Source of the DNA: an uncultured virus (IMG/VR IMGVR_UViG_3300011223_000002)
Lineage: Duplodnaviria > Heunggongvirae > Uroviricota > Caudoviricetes
Virus record (IMG/VR): IMGVR_UViG_3300011223_000002
Span: 62,001 to 126,000 of that record
Strand: one strand, 5' to 3'
Length of the DNA stretch: 64,000 nucleotides
Shown: positions 58,246-64,000 of the stretch, one piece after another
Numbering within the stretch: the first letter of the stretch is position 1
Layout of the letters: each line of letters begins with the position of its first letter
Position numbers and translations under genes: made by a program
Notes under the pieces: generated by a model
Database searches by the model: none
The model's input: the letters and a program-made list of their open reading frames with translations, nothing else
What the model was told of the DNA's origin: nothing

Positions 58246-60432
58246 TTATGGTGCGTTTGGGTCGACGTTACCGCCGGCAGGGAACTCGGCAGGGTTGTCA
58301 ACGCGGACACGGTGCTGTGCCAGGGCGTTGATCAGGCTGATGTCGCCCAGCAGCTCTTCGGCTTCTTCGATTTCCAGCGAACCCACAACCACGTTCAGGC
58401 CCCAGTGCTGATAGGTCGGCAGGGTCATGATCACACCGTGGTCGGTGTTGTTACGGGTCACGTGGCCTTGGACAACGATGTTCTCCTTGGTCACGCAGAT
58501 ACCCATACCGGCCAGCGGGTTGATGACGCTGCTGGACGATTCGCTGGTCGGCACGATGAACATCCGGCCGATCATGCTGTCGAAGTTGGTTTCCTTGATG
58601 TCGAGGCTATCGACAGGACCAACGGTACGCGCATCGCCTTCTTTCATGATGAAGCGGCTGAGGTTCTGGTGGGTAACCACGGTCCAGCGCTTCGCCACGG
58701 CAGCAGCCGAGTACTCGGAAACGGCAGCCAGGCCCGAACGGCTGTTCAGTGCAGCGGCGATGTCGCAGATCTCGGTGGAGATCGCGGCCGAGATGGCGTG
58801 GAACACGTCGCTGGAGCCCATGGCCGAAACCACTTTGCGCAGGTTCAGCGAACGCTTGACGCGAGTTGGCGACAGGAAGTGCTGGCCGGCGAGAACGTCG
58901 GAGCCCTGCATGTTGCCGATGACCGGCGAGCCGTCCATCTTCTCGATGTAGTCAGCGTGCTCGAAGGCTTTCTCGAACGCGTGCTTGGAGCACTGGTTGT
59001 TGATGGCCAGCGACATCTGGGTGATGGCGAAGTCCAGCGCGGACTGGTTGACGTCGTCTTCGGTAACCGGGTATTTCACCGAGACCGGGGTACGGCGTTT
59101 CACCGCCATGTGCTTCAGCGCATCGAACACCTCGATACGGTAACCGAAGTTGCCGCGGTTGATGTTGGTGATGTTCGGAGCGATTTCAGCACCGGTGATG
59201 GTGCCGTCGGTGACCGACTTGACCAGGGCTTTCTGGCTGGCATCGTTGATGTTGCCGACCAGGATGGTCTTGCCGGTGGCCAGGTCACGCAGTGCCACAA
59301 CGGTCAGAGCACCGGTGCTCAGGTCCAGGGCGTTGCTTTGACGCTGGAAGTTACCGGTCAGGTTGCCTTTCAGCAGAGGCTCGAAACCAGCGGTCTTGAA
59401 CTTGGCGAACAGCGTTTCACCAACCAGCTCACCATCGGCATCGACGATGCTGAAGGCAGGGAAGCCAGCCAGACGCAGGTTCAGTTCACGGTCGTCGGAG
59501 CTCTGGCCTTGGCCGGCTACGCCGAAGGTGGTGTTGGAGAAGGCGCCGGTTTTGATGAAACCGTTGACTTCTTTGCCTTCGACTTTGAAGCGGAGCGCGA
59601 TTTCCTTGATCGAGATCGAGTTGGACTCGAGTTCGTCGGTATCGGTCCACTTGCGCTGGCCAGGGGTTTCGGTCAGAGCCAGCAGGTTGGTGATGTGGCA
59701 CGGCACGCGCAGCATCTGGGTGCGGTGAGCGCTACGGCCGAACGAGTCGCCCTGGATGTAGGTGACTTTCTTCGGTGCCTTGACTTTCGGATCCAGGAAC
59801 AGTTCCAGGTTTTCGGAGTCGGCGTCTTCCGGGAAGACCGGATACACGCTGAGAACGTCGTCCTTGTACATGTCGCCGGAGCGCAGCAGCGAGAACAGCG
59901 GGGTCAGGTTCGACGCCGACTGGAAGGCGGTGTTGCCGTTGGCGTAGGTGCCGATGCCCGCGGCGCGCACTTTCAGGGTCAGTGCTTCGTCGTGGTAGCC
60001 GATGCCGACCGACGGGAACAGGGCTTCAGCAGCAGGGGTCTGCAGGTGAGTCTGCGCGTTCAGCGTCAGGTTCAGTGCTTTGATTTCCTGCTCGGAACCT
60101 TTGAAGTTCTCCATCGAGAAACCTTCAGCACCAGTCACGCGAGCGAGCTGGTTACCGTGGTCTTCGTAGATGGCCTTCAGGTCACCTGGCAAGGCAACGT
60201 TGCCTTTGCGGCTGAGGACGGAGGCGACGATGGTGTGCTTGCGCTCACCGAAGCCTTTCAGAGCGCCGGCGATGGCACTTTCGTTACCGGCAATGGCGTT
60301 CAACTGATGTTGGAACTCGCCGTGGTTTTCCTGGCCGGTCACACCAGAGAGGTCCCCGCTCGTCAGCGAAGTACGGATATCCGAAAAAAGATTCGAAGCC
60401 CCCATCACGGAGGCGATCATTTGCTTGGCCAT
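58246..60432 (-). CDS. Major capsid protein (phiKZ gp120-like)
   Basis: ~728 aa from ATG 60432 (AGGA RBS); strongest codon bias in the window; QTPAAEALFP, TDELE, NITNINRG..G motifs; gene order with helicase and RNAP. Confidence 0.85.
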   Translation of the reverse strand: MAKQMIASVMGASNLFSDIRTSLTSGDLSGVTGQENHGEFQHQLNAIAGNESAIAGALKGFGERKHTIVASVLSRKGNVALPGDLKAIYEDHGNQLARVTGAEGFSMENFKGSEQEIKALNLTLNAQTHLQTPAAEALFPSVGIGYHDEALTLKVRAAGIGTYANGNTAFQSASNLTPLFSLLRSGDMYKDDVLSVYPVFPEDADSENLELFLDPKVKAPKKVTYIQGDSFGRSAHRTQMLRVPCHITNLLALTETPGQRKWTDTDELESNSISIKEIALRFKVEGKEVNGFIKTGAFSNTTFGVAGQGQSSDDRELNLRLAGFPAFSIVDADGELVGETLFAKFKTAGFEPLLKGNLTGNFQRQSNALDLSTGALTVVALRDLATGKTILVGNINDASQKALVKSVTDGTITGAEIAPNITNINRGNFGYRIEVFDALKHMAVKRRTPVSVKYPVTEDDVNQSALDFAITQMSLAINNQCSKHAFEKAFEHADYIEKMDGSPVIGNMQGSDVLAGQHFLSPTRVKRSLNLRKVVSAMGSSDVFHAISAAISTEICDIAAALNSRSGLAAVSEYSAAAVAKRWTVVTHQNLSRFIMKEGDARTVGPVDSLDIKETNFDSMIGRMFIVPTSESSSSVINPLAGMGICVTKENIVVQGHVTRNNTDHGVIMTLPTYQHWGLNVVVGSLEIEEAEELLGDISLINALAQHRVRVDNPAEFPAGGNVDPNAP

Positions 60433-60515
60433 GTAATCAGGTCCTGTGAAAAAATTGTGACAAACATGTTTGTTGCGCAATAGAACTGCACATAAAATAT
60501 GTACAGGTCACATGT

Positions 60516-61061
60516 TCAGTGGTTTTCGCGATGCAGGAAGTTGTACACTTCCGCCATCGTCAGCGTTCCCATCGTAGGCCGGATCACCGGACCAAAATGT
60601 GTTTCGATATAACCGACGTGCCCATAGATTGCTTCGAGCACAGCTGCAGAGAGATTGCCGGCCTTCAACTTGGTCCAGGAACTGACCTTGCCTTTGTTGG
60701 TTGCGTCGACCACAACCACAATGACATTGCCGATTTTCATGGAGTGGAAATCACTGCCTCCCTGTAGTATCTCCGTTATTGCGTTACTGTCGATGGCATT
60801 AAATGCCTCCCCGACCATACCTGCTTGATAACCCTCACCAAATTGTGACTGGGGTTCTGGCATTGGAACGGCCAGCAACTTGGCGGCGGCATGGTGGCAG
60901 GCGATGAACGAGGCGGTCTCGTTGAACGTCAGCTTTTCATGATATGCATGAATTTTTTTCAGACCATCAAACGGAATGGTTTGCATCGCCAGTGTATCGA
61001 GCAACTCACTGGTCAGGATATAAAACTCCAGTGGACTCGCATTGGGGTATTTAAAGATCAT
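60516..61061 (-). CDS. Hypothetical protein between MCP and helicase
   Basis: 181 aa; syntenic position. Confidence 0.65.
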   Translation of the reverse strand: MIFKYPNASPLEFYILTSELLDTLAMQTIPFDGLKKIHAYHEKLTFNETASFIACHHAAAKLLAVPMPEPQSQFGEGYQAGMVGEAFNAIDSNAITEILQGGSDFHSMKIGNVIVVVVDATNKGKVSSWTKLKAGNLSAAVLEAIYGHVGYIETHFGPVIRPTMGTLTMAEVYNFLHRENH

Positions 61062-61075
61062 AAACTTACGCTCTC

Positions 61076-62635
61076 ATGGGGTTAGCGATGAACGATTTGT
61101 TGGTATTGGTTAAACTGTTGTCGGCCATGTATCAGGCTAAACTGTTGAAGGACCAAAACCTGCTCAGTGAACTGTCTGAGCTCCTGGGTGAGCTACCGGC
61201 CCCTCACACAGACGTCATGACCCAGGACAAACAGGTCCGGGAAAGTATTCGCGGGACAATCTCCTGGCTGATCAATGAGACAGAAGAAGACCCTCTGCTT
61301 ATAAAATCTCTGTTGGTTCAGCGTGTAAAGGTGTTCTGTGGCAAAAACACCGAACTGAAAGAAGCCATCGACACTGGCCTGGATGATTTACCGAACGAAG
61401 ACCTGCGTCGTCGTATGGTTTACAAGCAGATCACCGAGATCCGTGAAGGCATGCGGGATGAGGTGTTCGAGAAGAAGTTCAAAAAGGCATTGCGCGATGC
61501 AACGTTCAAAGATATCAATGAGCTCAAGCAGGAAGACTACAGCCTACTGCTGGACCTGATCCAAGAACGGGTTAACAGTGCCTTTGGCGAACGCCAGTCT
61601 GAGGTCGTGGTATCGGTTAACACCGCGGCACCAGATTCGATGGCAGCGATCATTGAAATGTCCAAAAAGGAGAACAGCCCCGAAGGTGTTCTCAAGATGG
61701 GCATCCAAGGCTTGAACCAGGGGCTTGAACCGGACAGCGGGTTGCGTCGTAGCAAAGCTTATATGCTGGAGGCCTTGACCAACCGTGGTAAGTCCTTTGC
61801 CATGGCGCACATCGTAACGTCGGTGGGGATGTACAACGTTCCCATGCTCCGTAACAAAGCCAAGATCCCAACGATTCTCTTCGAGTCGGCAGAAGATACC
61901 ATGGACTTGGTACTGCATCGGATGTACAAACTGGCTGTGACCGCTCAGTCGGCAGAAGACCCGAACTTCCAGATGGCCGATACTCAGGACATTATCGAAG
62001 CTATCGCCAGCTGCTTCAAGAAGAACGGCTGGTACCTGGTCCTCAACCAGATCGAAGCTAACAAAGATAACCGCGATGCCATGTTCAACCGTGTGCGTCA
62101 GCTGGAGCTGAAAGGCCACGAGATTATCTTCTACGGCTACGACTACCTGGCCCTGATGAACATCGACAAGATTTCGGGTGAGAACAAATCTGACAAACTG
62201 CAGATTCTCTACCGTCAAGTGCGTTCGTTCTTGATCGCTCGTGGTATCTGCTTCGTGACACCTCACCAGCTCAGCCCTGAGGCCAAGAAGCTGCTGAAAG
62301 AACTCGATGATGAGTCAGAGGTGTACTTCGCCCGTGAGGTCTCGGGCAAATCGATGACTGAGACGTCAACGAAGATCACCAACGAAGTGGACGGTGTGAT
62401 TACCATCCATATCGCTAAGACCTCGATGAAGACCTACTTCACCTGCTGTATAGGCAAGCAGCGGGGTGAGGGGTGTGCGCCAGAGAAGCGCTTCTTCATC
62501 TACGACCTGGATCCTGTCCGTGGATTGGTACATGATATCCACGGCAAGGCCATGTTCCGCAGGAACTTGCAACAACGATTCAATAACAACGGCGATGTAG
62601 AAAACGATTTCGATTACATGGGCGCTGCAGCTTAG
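61076..62635 (+). CDS. dnaB: DnaB-like replicative helicase (phiKZ gp118-like)
   Basis: GIQGLNQGL..GLRR, Walker A ALTNRGKS, FESAED, YDYL Walker B, TPHQLS, GKQRG arginine finger. Confidence 0.85.
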   Translation: MGLAMNDLLVLVKLLSAMYQAKLLKDQNLLSELSELLGELPAPHTDVMTQDKQVRESIRGTISWLINETEEDPLLIKSLLVQRVKVFCGKNTELKEAIDTGLDDLPNEDLRRRMVYKQITEIREGMRDEVFEKKFKKALRDATFKDINELKQEDYSLLLDLIQERVNSAFGERQSEVVVSVNTAAPDSMAAIIEMSKKENSPEGVLKMGIQGLNQGLEPDSGLRRSKAYMLEALTNRGKSFAMAHIVTSVGMYNVPMLRNKAKIPTILFESAEDTMDLVLHRMYKLAVTAQSAEDPNFQMADTQDIIEAIASCFKKNGWYLVLNQIEANKDNRDAMFNRVRQLELKGHEIIFYGYDYLALMNIDKISGENKSDKLQILYRQVRSFLIARGICFVTPHQLSPEAKKLLKELDDESEVYFAREVSGKSMTETSTKITNEVDGVITIHIAKTSMKTYFTCCIGKQRGEGCAPEKRFFIYDLDPVRGLVHDIHGKAMFRRNLQQRFNNNGDVENDFDYMGAAA

Positions 62636-62658
62636 CAAAAGAAAAAGCTAAACCCGGA

Positions 62659-62691
62659 CTACCTACCCTGCCTTCGCGGCAGGGTAGGTAG
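62659..62691 (+). terminator. Terminator after the helicase (CCTAC-stem family)
   Basis: 14 bp stem CTACCTACCCTGCC/GGCAGGGTAGGTAG. Confidence 0.7.
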
Positions 62692-62893
62692 GTCTATTCC
62701 TTCCTTTATATAACAAAAAAGTATTTTAATACTGGAGGATTTATTATGTAATAATTTATCCACTCACTCGCTATCGCCCTGACACAGTCAGGGTGGTAGT
62801 CATAGTCACGCGTGACTTTCCAGAAGCAGTAAAATAAAACTAGGACCTGGAACCCCCACCCCCGGATGTCCGGAGGTGAGGGCGATGGTTTGT

Positions 62894-63463
62894 TTAGTTG
62901 TTGTGTTCAGCTGCCTGATGGTTGAAGACCATGTCGTTGTAAGCCTTTAATGCCTTCTTAGGTGATTGCAGGATGTGTTCATACTGAGCCAGGTAAGCTT
63001 CACGCTCCCATGGCAGTGTAAGGTGGTTACCGACGGTGACATCAATGAGATCACCGTCCCACTCAACCAACCCAAAACGAATGACGTTCATACGGCCGTC
63101 AGTCATCTGCTTGACATGGGTCAGTTCATGCACGAGGTTGCTGACGATGAAACGGTTGACTTCATTGGTCAGGGCTTGGCCGATATTCGTCGATAGCTTT
63201 CTAACATGGTCGCTACCTTTCTTCAAGTTCTCCGGATAAAGTAGCATGGAGATTTTGCCGTAGCTTTCCTGAGGGAGGACTTCCAGCGTTTGTGGGTCCA
63301 ACCGAAGTACGCATCCACCAACATCGGACGACACGGCATCGATCATGGGGAAGTCGCCTGCCTTGCACAAGTAGATGTCAACTTTGTGCTTGCTGGCAAG
63401 TGCTAGGCCTTCTTTACCAAACACTTTAACGAATTCTTTTTCAGTGCCTTTAACAATCTTCAT
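62894..63463 (-). CDS. HEXXH zinc metallopeptidase-like protein
   Basis: LVHELTHVKQ and downstream LPWEREAY. Confidence 0.75.
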   Translation of the reverse strand: MKIVKGTEKEFVKVFGKEGLALASKHKVDIYLCKAGDFPMIDAVSSDVGGCVLRLDPQTLEVLPQESYGKISMLLYPENLKKGSDHVRKLSTNIGQALTNEVNRFIVSNLVHELTHVKQMTDGRMNVIRFGLVEWDGDLIDVTVGNHLTLPWEREAYLAQYEHILQSPKKALKAYNDMVFNHQAAEHNN

Positions 63464-63499
63464 AACAACGACCTTTTAGTAAGTTTAGGAGAGGGTTAT

Positions 63500-63850
63500 T
63501 TACCGGCTGCGTTTCAGCGCGTCTGTAACCAACTGGTTGGTCCAGTTAGAGTCTTCGCTGATAAGTTTAAGCAGCGAAGGACTGGCCTTTACCAGGGGTG
63601 ACATTTCCATTTCGAAACGCCCACCCTTGAGGATCCGCAAGATACCCAATTGGAATCCAAATTCAATACTGGCGAATTCAATGAAATCACCTTCGGTACA
63701 GTAGCTAATAGCCATTTGCAACATGCGGGGCATGGCGGTGTCGAAGTAGCTGTAACGACGCACCTCAATAACTTCCTTTGACAAACCACGAGTCATGGTA
63801 GCGATAACACGACGAGGGGTTTTAGTTTGAACAGTCATAAGGATCTCCAA
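63500..63850 (-). CDS. Hypothetical protein
   Basis: ~112-116 aa; ATG 63838 with GGAG RBS is the likely start. Confidence 0.65.
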   Translation of the reverse strand: MEILMTVQTKTPRRVIATMTRGLSKEVIEVRRYSYFDTAMPRMLQMAISYCTEGDFIEFASIEFGFQLGILRILKGGRFEMEMSPLVKASPSLLKLISEDSNWTNQLVTDALKRSR

Positions 63851-63890
63851 AAGTAGAACGTGTAACAGGGGTTAATAAGGAATTGGTAGC

Positions 63891-64000
63891 TTAGTAGTCA
63901 ACGCTGGCGTAAATAGCGTCGATACGCGCTTCCAATGCTGTTTGCTGGGCGTAGAGCCACTGTTGCAGTTTGATGACCACTGGCGAGCAGCCAGGACCTT
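63891..64000 (-). CDS. 3' end of a gene entering from the right
   Basis: Open frame ...GPGCSPVVIKLQQWLYAQQTALEARIDAIYASVDY-stop. Confidence 0.45.
   Translation of the reverse strand, partial: GPGCSPVVIKLQQWLYAQQTALEARIDAIYASVDY

Noticed and set aside
58312..60483. 723 aa + strand ORF antisense to the capsid gene
   Set aside because: Shadow ORF: strong codon bias in the MCP removes antisense stops; no RBS or protein-like motifs
1..64000. CRISPR arrays, tRNAs, introns/inteins, reverse transcriptase/DGR, transposases, stop-codon recoding
   Set aside because: None seen by eye. The hairpins are dispersed, not arrayed; helicase, ligase and RNAP fragment are of ordinary length; genes read through in the standard code and use all three stops. 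tRNAscan/Infernal were not run

Overview
A 64 kb segment of a phiKZ/EL-like jumbo phage genome (nucleus-forming Chimalliviridae type); most genes are on the minus strand. The right ~40 kb is the conserved core: DnaB-like helicase, major capsid protein, a split multisubunit RNA polymerase beta fragment, portal, baseplate/tail structural genes, four paralogous tail/fibre genes, RuvC-like resolvase, a likely overlapped spanin pair with a holin candidate, central spike and SbcC/Rad50. The left ~24 kb is an accessory early region. It holds an NAD-dependent DNA ligase, RNase H, a DHH/DHHA1 phosphoesterase, an Acb1-like 2H phosphodiesterase, two degenerate nucleotidyltransferase paralogues, a GNAT, secreted proteins and many ORFans. 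A recurring early-promoter motif (ACCTAYATT core) and a family of long CCTAC-stem hairpins are visible. The most intriguing signals are (i) two paralogous glycine-zipper membrane proteins 37 kb apart behind near-identical ~50 bp promoter modules, one with a nested in-frame isoform, and (ii) a set of enzymes that could process nucleotide signals (Acb1-like, DHH, pseudo-NTases, tandem HD). All family assignments come from motifs read by eye and remembered gene order; no database search was run.
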